This document shows, piece by piece, positions 53,410 to 64,000 of a stretch of 64,000 nt of DNA (the stretch's first letter is position 1; each line of letters opens with the position of its first letter). The stretch covers positions 1,920,001 through 1,984,000 of the forward strand of contig OZ251539.1 in NCBI GenBank assembly GCA_965243135.1. Direction: 5' to 3'. Position numbers and translations under genes: made by a program. Source of the stretch: Alphaproteobacteria bacterium (GTDB lineage: Bacteria > Pseudomonadota > Alphaproteobacteria > MPNO01 > UBA830). The notes under the pieces were generated by a model. That model made no database searches, was not told where the DNA came from, and saw nothing but the letters and a program-made list of their open reading frames with translations.

Positions 53410-55400
53410 TTGTTCTTGTATACGGCCGCCATGGCGGTCGAATCTGCACGCGCGCTTTCCGAGACCGAGCTGTCGGGCGACGGCCAAGCTCTGGCTGCGG
53501 CGTGCCGAACGAATGCGGCTCTCTGCCAGGCGCTGGAGAGCGCGAAAGCGGAGAAGTTTCGCCGCGACGCCGAGAGGTGGCAGGGAGCTTTCCACCGGGC
53601 GATGGCGCTGATCCTGAAAAAGAGACGCGAAGCACCGCCCCGAGAGACGGCAGAGAACGAGAGTCTGAAGTCCCGCAGCCGCAAGTTTGCCCGGGAGTTG
53701 TTCGGGCGCCGCAGCGAGCGGCAGCCTGCGGCAACTGGCCGACGCCGGGGGCGCAGTCAGGGAACGCTGTCGCACGGCCGCACGCCGCACCCCGAACTGC
53801 CCGTTCGCGAGGAGGAGTCGATTCCGGACGAGCGCACGTGCCCGGACTGCGGCAAGGCCTGGATCTCAAACGGTTGGAAGGACGCGGAGCTCGTCGAGGT
53901 CGAAGTCGCCGCCCATGTCCGGAGGACGGAAGCGGCTGCGCCCGACCTGTACCTGCCGACCGGAAAAGGAGGTTGTCGGCCCGGCTCCGGTGCGGCTGTT
54001 TCCGAACACTCGGTACGGAGTTTCCGTCTGGGCGTTCGTCCTGGCGGAGAGGTACGGCCTGCACCGTCCGCTGCGTTCGGTCTGCCGCGCGCTGGGCCAG
54101 CACGGGCTCGCTATTGCGCCCGGCACGTTGGCGGACGCCCAGCGACGGTTCCTACGCCTGGCAGCTCGACGAAGAGAGCTCCCGGCGCCTGTCGGAGGCG
54201 CCGATCGTTCACGGCGACGAGACAGGGTGGACGGGAGTTGGGCGAGGAAGACGGCGGCAACGCCCGCGCCTGGGCCGCCCGGGCGGCGGACGCGGTCCGC
54301 ATCGTTGCCGTCGCGCAGCGCGGAAGCCGCTCTTGAACTGTTCAGGGGTCTCGGCTCGCCCGAACAGGCGGCTCACCTGGTCTGCGACCGCTACTCCGCC
54401 TACCGGAAGCTGGCGCGAGTCATGGAGGGGTGCATCGTCCTTTCATATTGTTGGGTTTATGTTGTGGATCCAGTTATGTTGCGGAATGGTTGCAACGTAC
54501 TGAAAAACAATAAAATCAGATCCATTTCCGCAACATAATATTTTGCAGTGCATCAAGAAAGGCCGTAAACCTTTTGTTCTCTTTCCACGGGCGAACCGAC
54601 TCTGCGCAATGCCTGAGACAGTTCAGGCGTTCCTCAAGCAGCGGTGCGGCGCGAGGCTATGGCGCCGTGATCGACAAACAGATCCTCGAACATGGTCGTA
54701 TCTCCTTGTGGTCGGAGACATGACCATGGCAAACGAATGCGAATCCAAATATTATGTTGCGGAAATGCGTTTGGTTCCGTTGTTTTTCAAGTCGTTAGCG
54801 CTCCTCCGCAACATAACTGGATCCGCAACATAAGCCCAGTTATGTTGAATTCAACATAACTGGGTCCACGCCAGGCGCGACTTCGTCAACCTTGAGACCG
54901 GCTACCCGAACCTCGCGCGGTTCGCCCAAAAGTGGCTTCGTCACGCATTATACCGTCTCAACGCCAGGCGTCTGGCGCGCCCGGGCAACGCCGCCGCCCA
55001 GCGGCGGCTCGCGAGGTTTGCCGGAGCGTTCTTCGCGGCGGCGAAAAAGGCACGGGACGCGCTCCCGGAGAGCGCGGCGCAACGCGGCCCCCTGAACTCC
55101 CTGCTGCGCCACCGCGACGGCCTGACAGTGTTCGTCGACAATGCAGCCGTTCCCATGGACAACAACCCCGCCGAACGCGGTTTGCGCGGCCTCAGCCGGA
55201 AGCTCTCGTTCGGGTCGCGTGGACGGAGCGCGGTTGGCAGGCATGTCCATCTTTGGCACGCTGGCCGGCGTCTCGCCGCACCGCTGGCTGCTATGCCTGC
55301 GCCCGTCGTCCGCCGCCCGAAGGCCCTGCTGCCTGGCTGCCGTGGGGCGCGGGCGAGGAGCGTCTGCGTTCCTGGCCTCTCCCCCAAGGACCGTGAACGG
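53410..55400 (+). pseudogene. IS66-family transposase remnant
   Basis: LFGRRSE, CPDCG, HGDETGW, CDRYSAY, CWVHARRDF and DNNPAERGLR in shifting frames. Confidence 0.85.
54457..54860. mobile_element. ~400-bp non-coding insertion with long inverted ends built of TTATGTTG(CGGA) motifs
   Basis: Splits the IS66 CWVH codons; TGGGT repeated on both sides; ~90-bp imperfect IRs. Confidence 0.75.
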
Positions 55401-56221
55401 CGGCCCTTGCCGCTACTGCGGGCGCGACTTCTCCGAGGACGAGATCGACCCGCTCCCTGATCGCCAGGGGCGGCCTCCACCGCCGGGCGCTGTCGCGGGA
55501 GGTCTGTCGGCGCCTCGACTGGCGCAACGGCGGCCTAAAGGAGCGCGCGCGTCGCCATGTTGCGTATGCACCGCGACGGCCGTCCTGCCGCCGCCAAGGC
55601 GCGCGCCGGTCGTCCGCCGTCCGCTCGTGCCCGGTCCCGCGACCGACAGGGCCTTGTTCCCGACCCCCGAACGTCTCGCCGATGTCCAACCCGTCGCCGC
55701 GGAGCCTGTCCGGAACGCGGGCGAAGGCCGCCTCTGGAACGAGTTCATCGCACGCTATCTCGGCTACTCGACGCTGCCCGGCGCGGCGCTACTTTGCGCG
55801 CACAGCCGACGGCGAACCCCTCGCCGTCCTCGGCTTCGGCGCCGCAGCCTGGAAGATCGCGCCGCGGGACAAGCTCGTCGGATCCCGAGACCCGCCGCCG
55901 CACCGCTAGTGGTCAACAATGCCAGGGCCTTGCCTTGGATTCGGATCAAAAATCTCGCGTCCCCTCGCTCTGATCGAACGACGGCTGCCGGACGACTGGG
56001 AGCACCGCTACGCCTTGCGTCCGGTCCTGCTCGAGACCTTCTGCGAGAGCACGCGCTTCGAAGGAAGCTGCTACCGGGCCGCCAGCAGGGTCGGCAAAAC
56101 ACAGGGCCGCGGCAAGACCCGGAAAGAACGCGCTCTCCCGGTCAAGGACGCTGAAGCCCCTGCGGCGGGACTGGAGGCGAATCCTCAACGAATGAGCGTC
56201 ACCCCACGACCGAACGCTTAC
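55400..56221 (+). pseudogene. DUF4338 (DruA-like) gene remnant and IS66-type end
   Basis: RYCGRDF, WNEFIARY, GFGAAAWK, IKNLAS, RPVLLETF, GKTQGRGK; end CGAACGCTTAC is an inverted match to GTAAGCGTTCGGTCGTGGGGTG at 51730. Confidence 0.75.
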
Positions 56222-56369
56222 CGAGACGTTGGGTTCACAAAGGGATATGAACGCAGGTGGCGGTTACCGCGAACATGGAACGTCCAGAAAGATGTTCCAG
56301 CTGGAAAAGGATGCCCGCAAGCAACTCTGCATGCTTTCCGATAATAAGATCTGGAACTGCAAGACATTG

Positions 56370-57562
56370 AACGTAGACGAGATACCGGATCACGGGGAGT
56401 CTGTACGAGTATTTAAGTACGGTGCAGGACTTCCGAAGTCGTCGCGGTCAGCGCTTTGGCGACGGTTCTCGCGATAGCGGCGCAACTATGCGGTTTTTTC
56501 AGTCTGACCGCCATAGCGGACTTTTCCGGGAAGTTGAATCAATCGCAGCTGGCGGAGGTGCGCTCATGGATGAAAGACGATGGAATCCGGACGGCTCCGA
56601 GCTACCTTTCATCGTGTCCTTTCGAATGTCGATCCGGAAGCCCTTGACAAGGCTTTGCATGAATGGAGCGCGCAATACCAGAATCCCGACGGTATCCTCG
56701 ACGGGAAATCCGTGCGCGGAGCGTCGCGGCAGGGAGACGGATGTCGTCGGTGCCGTCGAGCACGAAACCGGTTGCGGTCAGGTGAAAGTCGCAGACAAGT
56801 CAAACGAGATTCCGGCTGCGCGAAAGCTGTTGCGGAGCATGCAATTGTCCGGGCGTATTGTGACCGCTGATGCCCTCAGGTCGAAACAACCCAGTTGATC
56901 TTGGACAAGGGAGCCGACTATGGTTGTCAAGGGCAACCAGAAAACAATACTCGACGAAAGCAATTGACTGGAACGGAGGTTGGTAAAAGCGAAACGATGG
57001 AAAAAACGCATGGTCGAATTGACACTCGCATTTGTCTGGTCGTCGAACTCGACAAAACTTGGGATGGGTACGTCGAACTGCCCGGACGACGGCAGGCGTT
57101 CCGTGCGCACACGGCAGAAACTCAGAAAGGGAAAGATCGTCGGGACAACTTCGGAGATCGTTTACGGAGTAACTTCCGTCCCGCCGTCGCGTGGAGGACC
57201 TGCCGAAATTCTTGCTCGCCGTCACTGGGAAATCGAGAACCGGGTGCACCATGTTCGCGACATGACTTACGACGAGGATCGCCGCCGCAACCACGTCGGC
57301 GGCAGTGCCCGTGCACTGGCCCGCAACGCCTCCATCGTTCGGTTGCGCGGACCTGCCGCAGGCTCACCGGCACTACGACCTGCGCCAGGCCGTTCGAGAG
57401 CTGACCACGGAGCTCTTCTGACGTCCGACCGGTGGCCTCGCCTCTCGCGCCGCCGCCTCCCGCCGTCTCTTCGCCCGCCGCCGTCTCGCCGATCTCGCGC
57501 CGCTGACGCCTCCTCTCGGGCAGTGCTTGGCAACGACCGCGCCATTCTTGAATTCGCCCTGG
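56370..57562 (+). pseudogene. ISAs1-family transposase remnant
   Basis: LDGKSVRG, DKSNEIPA, GRIVTADA, HGRID and RHWEIENRVHHVRD.TYDED; end GCCCTG. Confidence 0.82.
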
Positions 57563-57564
57563 CC

Positions 57565-58400
57565 AGAATGTTCTCCGGATTGACGGCGTTCTCGTGCCAT
57601 GCGGTAGTAGCCGGTCACCAGAGCGCCCCTCCCCTGCGCCGCGGCGAAAAAGGACGAACCGGGATGCTCCGCCTGGACCGCGGCGCTCGCCACCAGCCGC
57701 CGGGTCAGCCGCTTGTCTCCCAGCGGCGCATCTCCGAACTCGTTCTCCGCCCAACTCTCCCGGTCGAGACCGCCCGCCGGGCCGAGCGGCACGCTAACCG
57801 GCGACGGCACGCCGAGCAACCGCCGCCACTTCCGGTCCAGCGCGTACATGTAGATCGACTTCGCACCGACCGGCGTCGCGCCCGGCGCTCTTGCCGACAA
57901 GTTGCCAGTTGGCGGCCCGCAGGCTGGCGCCGTCGTGGCGCGACAGGTCGACGAAAGTCTCCACCAGAAGCGGACGGTGCCCGTACCGCTCTTGGAAGTC
58001 CCGACCGACCCTGCCCAGGCAAAGGCCGAGCGCCGTCGAGGCGAGGTTCTGGCAAGGTGCGCGGAAGCGGCTCAGGCCGAGAACGCGGTGCAGATGCCGC
58101 TCCCGCGTCTCCCTGTCCCACCCGGGCGTCCCGCGCCGCAAGACGCTGCGACGGAGGCGGCGCGCGTCAAACCCTCGTTCCGGGCCGCGTTCGCCGCCCG
58201 CCGACTGACCGTTCCCGGTTTCCGAACTCCCGAGCGTCGGCGAAGCCAGTCCGGACGTCGCGCCTGCACATCCCCAGGAGTCGGGGCCTGCCCGGGCCGG
58301 GCGAGGCCCATCGGCGCGGGGACTGCCTGCGGACGACCCACGCTCTGTCCCCCGTCTACGCTTTCTGCCCGGCCCTTCCGGCCAACCGCAACGGATTCCG
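57565..58400 (-). pseudogene. DUF4338-IS4 transposase remnant
   Basis: RYGHRPLLVETFVD, SLRAANW and WAENEFGDAPLGDKRL. Confidence 0.75.
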
Positions 58401-58613
58401 GGCCCCGGCTACGTCCCGCCGTCTTGGTCGCGCCCGCCCTCGACGAGGCCGGGCGCTTCTGCGACAGGCTCGACGAACGCCTCGACCGTGCGGCATGGAC
58501 GGAACTCGCCCCATGTTCGCCGGAATCGGCAAGAGCCGGGTGATCCGCGCAAGCCCCGGGGAGGAACCGCCGCCGGAATCCGGCGGCTTGTCGGCGTTAT
58601 GCCCGAAGGCCGG

Positions 58614-58721
58614 TCATTTCTTCTTGGGCGGGTTGTTGTCCCGGCCGCCGCCGGACGGCTTGCCCTTGGTTTTGGAGGGCCAACCGGCGCCCTGCTTCCC
58701 GCCGCCGCCTTGTTTCGCCAT
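58614..58721 (-). CDS. Putative 35-aa basic G/K-rich microprotein
   Basis: MAKQGGGGKQGAGWPSKTKGKPSGGGRDNNPPKKK, with AAGGAAG upstream of the ATG. Confidence 0.5.
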   Translation of the reverse strand: MAKQGGGGKQGAGWPSKTKGKPSGGGRDNNPPKKK

Positions 58722-58900
58722 GGCTGCTTCCTTTCCGAATCGGTCTCGTCGCGAGAGGACTCTCGCCATGAAACATATGCCCGGAACGCGATGCAACCCT
58801 CGCGAGCCGACCGCCGGACCCGAAACCATCCCCGGTCCAACGCCCTCTGGCCGCTCGCCGCCATCTTCCAGGTTCCGGCGTCCGCCGCCGGAACTTGGCG

Positions 58901-61700
58901 CCGCCTGTGCGCCGTAAAGGTTTTGCTGAACTCCGGCCGGCCGGTTCGTTACGGCGCCCGGCATGGAGTTCCGGAGTCCTGGTTCGGCAAAGCCTTCGGG
59001 ACGATTTCGCGCGCTTGCAGGGGTTGCTGGCGAAGAAGGTCTTCGCCTGCCGCAGCGAGGCCGTGCGTGCGCAGCGTTCGGGTTTCGGGACGGACTTGGC
59101 CGCCTGCAGCGAGCGGGCTGCCTGAAGGCGTCGGCGGAATTTCGAGGCGGCGGGCTGCGCTGCCGTCGCCGACGCGGGATGGCGTGCGGCGTCCGCGGCG
59201 CCTTGCGCTGCCTGTCCCCCACAAATCGATACTGAACTTCTGGGAGCCGATTCGCTACGGTGCCCGGCATGGAGTTCCAGAATCAAGTCAGTCTTCGGAG
59301 CGACGGCTGCGGGAGGTGCGTGGGGTCAGTCGCAACCAATTAGCTGGTTTGCGCGGCGTTCGGGTTCCGGGACGCCCGCGGTCGCTTGCAACGCATGACC
59401 TGCCTGAAGGCTTTGGCCGGAGGCGGAAGGGCACATTGCGTTGCCGCCGAGCCGCAGCGTTTGCCGACGGCAAAAGCGCGTCGCCGGTGGCGCCGGCGTG
59501 CGACGTGCCGGACGCAGTCGGCGCAGTCGAGGATCTGAAGCTGGTCCTGGTTGCGCGGCAGCGTGCGATCTGGAACGGACTGATGGCGCACGAGCACCCA
59601 CGTGGTGCCGGGCCGTTCGTGGGCTGTCAGCTCCGTTATCTCGTGGGGTCCGCGCATGGTTGGCTGGGGGCTGTCGGGTTCGCGGCCTCGGCACGCCGCT
59701 GTCGCGACCGCCGGCTGGAACGACGACCGACGGCGCGCTTGCCTGCACCGGGTCTTGTGCCTGTCGCGCTTCCGCCCCGGCATCGAGTGCCGCAATCTCG
59801 CCTCGCATGTGTTGAGACGGGTGGCGGGCGTGGCAGGGGACGATTTCGGGGTGCGCTACGGCTACCGCCCTGCTGGAGACCTTTGGATGGACAGCATACG
59901 GTGGATGGACAGCATACGGGAGCGAGTTTCCGGGCCGCGAACTGGCGATGGGTGGGGAAGACCAGCGGTCGCTCAGGGGGCGCGGCGAAGACACCGAAAG
60001 CGGTGTACATGTACGGCGCGGCGGGAGCACCTACGGGGTCCCGAACCGCGTTTTGCGCGGCTGGAGGCCGGGGCCGGCCTGGACCGGAAGAGCTGGGCGG
60101 AACAAGAGTTCGGCGGCGCGCCGCTGGGAGACGCACGCCTGAGCGCACGGCTGGTGACTTGCGCCCGGATCCAGGCGGACGCGCCGGCGTTCACGGGTGC
60201 CGCGAGGGGGGAAAGGCTTACTACCGTCTGCAAGCCGGACAACGAAGCGGTAACGGTGGAGAACATCCTGCAACCGCACCGGCGCTGCAAGCAGGGGGAG
60301 AAGACGGTGTTGTGCGTGCAGGACGGCAGCACGCTGAACTTCGCGAAGCGTGGCAATGGGTTGGGAATCAGGAACCAGACCGCCGCCGCCGCCCGAGGCC
60401 TGCACCTGCACGCCACGGTGAACACGGATGGGTTGCCGCTGGGGGTTCTGCGAGCCGCGTTCGACGCCCCGCAGCTGGGCGCGGAGAAGAACAAGCCTCG
60501 CGAGGAGAAGAAGCGCCGAGGGTCTTCGCGACAGTGCCGAGGCCGCCGCGGCTCTCGACGGCGTGCAAGTGGTCGGCGTCCCGGGAGGCGGACTTCGTCG
60601 ACCTGTTCGTCGAGCGGCGCGAGCGGACGCCGGGAGTGGAACTCTTGGTGCGGGCGAAGACCAACCGCGTCCTCGAAGAGGACGACAAGCTGTTCGACAA
60701 GGTGCGGAAGAGCCCGGCGCAGAGCAAGATGACGATCAAGCGTCTGAGCGCACGCGTCAAGGCCAGCAAGCAGGCCGCGAAGGCCACCTCACCGTCAGGC
60801 CATCGTCAAGCTGCGTTATCTCAAGGTGAAGTTGCCGGCGAAGGGCAAGGATCCCGTGACGATCCTGCATGTCCGCGAGGAAAACCCGCCAACCGAAGCC
60901 GCCCGGCGGTTCCTGTTGACGACGCTGCCGGTCGAGGGTGCAGCAGACGCCGAGCGCACGTGGTACGGTTTGCGCTGGAGAATCGAAGATTATTTCCGCG
61001 TCTTGAAGTCCGGCTGCCGAGGAACTTGAGAACCAAACGGCCGAGCGACTGCAACGCGCCGCTGCCATGGTCATCGCCTGGCGCATCCACGGCCCGCCTC
61101 GGACGGGAACTGCCCGACCTACCGCCCGAGCTTCTGTTCTCGGACGTCGAACTCAGGGTACTGGCGCTGTTCGCCGCGCAGCAAGGATGCGCCGAAAAGC
61201 CTCGCGGAAGCGGTTGCCTTGGTCGCAAACCTCGGCGGCTATTTCAAACGCAAGCGGGATCCGCCAGGCGCGGAGTTGATGTGGTTCGGCTACGCCCAAC
61301 TCGCCGCTATGGCTTTTTTTCGGGAACTTGAGGATGAATATCAATAATGTCCAAACGCCATTTATGGGGCACAGGCAGGCCTTGCGGGGCCGGTTCCTCC
61401 GCCAAAGAGCGCGCCGGAGGGAGCGGCCGAGGGTCTGGGGTTGGTGCCGGTGACGGGCATCGCCAGGAGTGGAACTCCTGGTGCGGGCAAAGACGAGCCG
61501 GGTTCTCGGCAAGGACGACGCCGACAAGCTGAAAATGCGGAAAAGCCCGGCGCAGGGCAAGCGGGTCGTCAAGCGTCTGAGCGCGTGCGTAAAGGCAAGC
61601 AAGCCGCGAGGGCCGTGCGACCGGAGCGCCAGACCACGGTCGAGCTAGCTGCCTCAAGGTCGACTTGTCGGCGAAAGGCGACGTCGAGTGCCGATCCATG
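58901..61700 (+). mobile_element. Outer DUF4338-IS4 element remnant, interrupted by a same-family copy
   Basis: Left end CCGCCTGTGCGCCGTAAA; 58901-59207 parallels 59208-59480; ELLVRAK and KRLSA fragments resume after 61386. Confidence 0.7.
59208..61378 (+). mobile_element. Inner DUF4338-IS4 (IS50-like) element, eroded
   Basis: TIR CTGCCTGT(C/G)CCC(C)A(C/T)AAAT; TSD GCCTTGCG; motifs QLRYLVGS, WAEQEFGGAPLGDARL, VQDGS.LNF, WYGLRWRIEDYFRVLKSGC. Confidence 0.85.
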
Positions 61701-62002
61701 GCCTGGGCGACGGCCTCCGAGCCGTAGACGCGGCGTGCGCGGCCTCCACCTCCCGGGCGGATAAGAGCGCCGGCGTTCGACCCGGCGAGGCGCCCAGCCG
61801 CATCGTGCCGCCGTGTCCGCCATCCCGTGCGAGAACGAGCCCGTCCACGCGGCGCCGCGTCCCGGCGGGCGGGCGGCGCGCAAGGCGGCGACCCGGCGGA
61901 AACAACGGCCGTTCCCGGCGAAGGGCACGGCGACCTGCGGCGCGGTCCGTCGACGCCTTTCGCGGAGTCGCCGGCTGCGTCCGAACGGAACGGCTCCCGG
62001 CT

Positions 62003-63550
62003 TCAGACGGTCTCGAACTCGAACCCGACGATGTTGCGTTCCTCCCGGCCGAACTCCACCCCGATCAGGTGGACCTGTACGCCCGGACGCCGGTACTTGT
62101 CCGCGTAGCCGCGCTCCCGAATCTGCGCCAGAGCCCGGCCTTCCGGCTTCCCGTCCGCGACCTTGAACTCGAACAGGTAGACGTTGCCGCCGTACAGGAC
62201 CGTCAGGTCCGAGCGGCCGCGCGCCGTGCTCTCCTCGGCACGGACGTCCATCCCCGCCGCCACGAAGTGCGAGTAGAACACGCTCGCGTAGTGCGCCTCG
62301 TAGCCCGCCATGCCCGTGTTCGCGTACCACTCGTTCGGGATGCTCGCCAGGAACGCCCGGAACTGCCGCTCAAGGCCCGCGAAGTCGTTCGTCCGCAACA
62401 GGCGGCGCAGCTCCCGGCTCTCCGCCGCGACCGCGACGTCCGGCACCATCGCGCGCAGCAGCCTCCTGTTCAGGCTGAGTTTCACCTCGTAGTTCGGGTA
62501 GTCCAGCCGGTAAAGAAGCGCGTCGTCGTCCAGCTCCTCGTCGGCGATGGTCAGGTAGCCGGTCTGGAACAAAAGCGCTTCGGTCGAGATGTCGTCGACG
62601 TCGAAGGTCGAGAGCAGCTCGTCGTCCGCGATCATGCCTTCCAGGGCCGGCGCCGCGACCCGGCGCCGCGCCAGAAGGTCGGCGAGGAAGGTCGGCGTGC
62701 CGGTCCGGAACCAGTGCGCCTCGAACTGGCGGCGCCGGAAAAGCAGCAGGACATCGTACGGGTTGTAGAGTTTCTCCGCGCCGCGCCAGTTGTAGCCGTT
62801 GTACCAGCGGCGGACCTCGTTCCGGTCCAGGCCCTCGAGTTCCGGGGCGAAGACCGCGTCCAGTTCCGCGTCCGTGTAGCCGCAGATGGACGAGAACTCC
62901 GGCTCCAGCGTGATGTCGATCAGGTTGTTCAGGCCCGAGAACAGGCCCGCCTGCGAAAACTTGCTCACCCCCGTCAGGAAAACGAAACGGAGCTGCTCGT
63001 CGCACGCCTTGATCACCCCGTACAGGCTGCGCAGGAAGTCGCGGTTGGCCCGCGCCAGTTCCCGGTCGCCGAGCGCGTCCAGGATCGGCTTGTCGTATTC
63101 GTCCACCAGAACGACCACCTGCCGCCCGGTGCGCTCGTGCAGGGCCTCGATCAATTCCCAGAAACGAACCGACGCTTCGACAAGGCACGGTTCGAGGCCG
63201 GCGCGTCTTTCCGCCGCCGCCAGTTGCCTTTCCACGGTTACGCGAACCCCGTCCGGGGCGCGGAAATCGCCCCCTCTGCTGAAATCCAGCCGCACGACCG
63301 GATGGCGCGCCGACCAGTCCCACTGGTCGTGCACGGCGAGGCCCCGGAACAACTCCTCGCTTCCCTCGAACAGCTTCTGCAGCGTGTCCACCAGCAGGGT
63401 CTTGCCGAACCGGCGCGGACGCGACAGGAAATAGTACTTGCCCCTCTCGACGAGGCGGCGCATATGGTCCGTCTTGTCGACGTAGTAGCAGTCCATCCCC
63501 CGGATCTCCCGGAGGGAGGTCATCCCGGTCGGCAGCATGCGTTTTTCCAT
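62003..63550 (-). CDS. AAA/PD-(D/E)XK copy K, 515 aa, divergent C-terminal half
   Basis: Same motifs; promoter TTGACC-N18-TATTCT-N6-ATG. Confidence 0.93.
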   Translation of the reverse strand: MEKRMLPTGMTSLREIRGMDCYYVDKTDHMRRLVERGKYYFLSRPRRFGKTLLVDTLQKLFEGSEELFRGLAVHDQWDWSARHPVVRLDFSRGGDFRAPDGVRVTVERQLAAAERRAGLEPCLVEASVRFWELIEALHERTGRQVVVLVDEYDKPILDALGDRELARANRDFLRSLYGVIKACDEQLRFVFLTGVSKFSQAGLFSGLNNLIDITLEPEFSSICGYTDAELDAVFAPELEGLDRNEVRRWYNGYNWRGAEKLYNPYDVLLLFRRRQFEAHWFRTGTPTFLADLLARRRVAAPALEGMIADDELLSTFDVDDISTEALLFQTGYLTIADEELDDDALLYRLDYPNYEVKLSLNRRLLRAMVPDVAVAAESRELRRLLRTNDFAGLERQFRAFLASIPNEWYANTGMAGYEAHYASVFYSHFVAAGMDVRAEESTARGRSDLTVLYGGNVYLFEFKVADGKPEGRALAQIRERGYADKYRRPGVQVHLIGVEFGREERNIVGFEFETV

Positions 63551-64000
63551 CCGGCTAGAATAGGCTGCCGCAACGGAAACGGTCAATTGGTTCGAGGCGT
63601 TTGCCACTGCGCCCTTTTTCGCGCCTGCTTCCGCTTTCCGGCTGCCTGAACGCGGGCCTGTCCAGCCGGGAGAGCGCCGGGGCGAGGCGCCGCTCGTGCA
63701 GCTCGGCGGCGCCTGTCGCGCGCGACGGCAACTATGAGGGTTTGTTTCGCCGTTTGGCGCCCCCTCAAGCTTGAAGCGCAACATGCATGGCGGCCGGCCG
63801 ACCTGCAGCGGAAAGGTCAGGCGGTCAATCTCCGTCGATGAACGGCAAGGAGACATGGCCAAAGGCTGCCGACCCGTCGCCCTGAAGGGCAGGCCGAACC
63901 GCGAAGAAGCCGCTCAAGAGCCCGTCCTCGACGCCGGAAACTGCGTCGCAGCCGACGGTCGCGGACGCCGGCGACCGCAATAGTCGCTCGACTTCGAGGT

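Noticed and set aside
54457-54864. CRISPR array
   Set aside because: Motifs are short, in both orientations and irregularly spaced; no cas genes.
55400-59900. Druantia defence system
   Set aside because: Only DUF4338 fragments tied to transposases; no DruE helicase or other dru genes.
1-64000. Microdeletions as simple sequencing error
   Set aside because: They are multi-base, not in homopolymers, shared between copies in nested sets and not evident in the core genes; read-level confirmation is still needed.

Overview
High-GC window, probably from an alphaproteobacterium (prsA-argJ-mutT synteny). An intact core (MFS, mutT, argJ, PrsA-like PPIase, two ~1600-aa autotransporters) lies at ~33-47.5 kb. 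Left of it is a ~32-kb tandem array of AAA-ATPase/PD-(D/E)XK nuclease genes: 10 copies (7 intact) plus a more divergent intact copy at 62-63.5 kb. Full-length copies each carry a leaderless sigma70-like promoter, and their coding sequences are mosaics of a few alternative blocks. Spacers are eroded duplicates of mutT, MFS, argJ and autotransporter DNA. The erosion has a distinctive signature: many ~5-6-nt deletions that mostly remove AT-containing words (GATC, GAT, ATC, CAT) at 1-4-nt microhomologies. The array also holds a TIR plus membrane-protein pair (candidate defence system), two ORF-less group II intron remnants at the same site of the nuclease gene, and MITEs. 49-61.7 kb is a nest of IS elements and remnants (ISNCY/IS4-like, IS630, IS66 with DUF4338, ISAs1, DUF4338-IS4). 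No rRNA, tRNA or CRISPR array was seen. All family calls come from motif recognition by eye; no searches were run.
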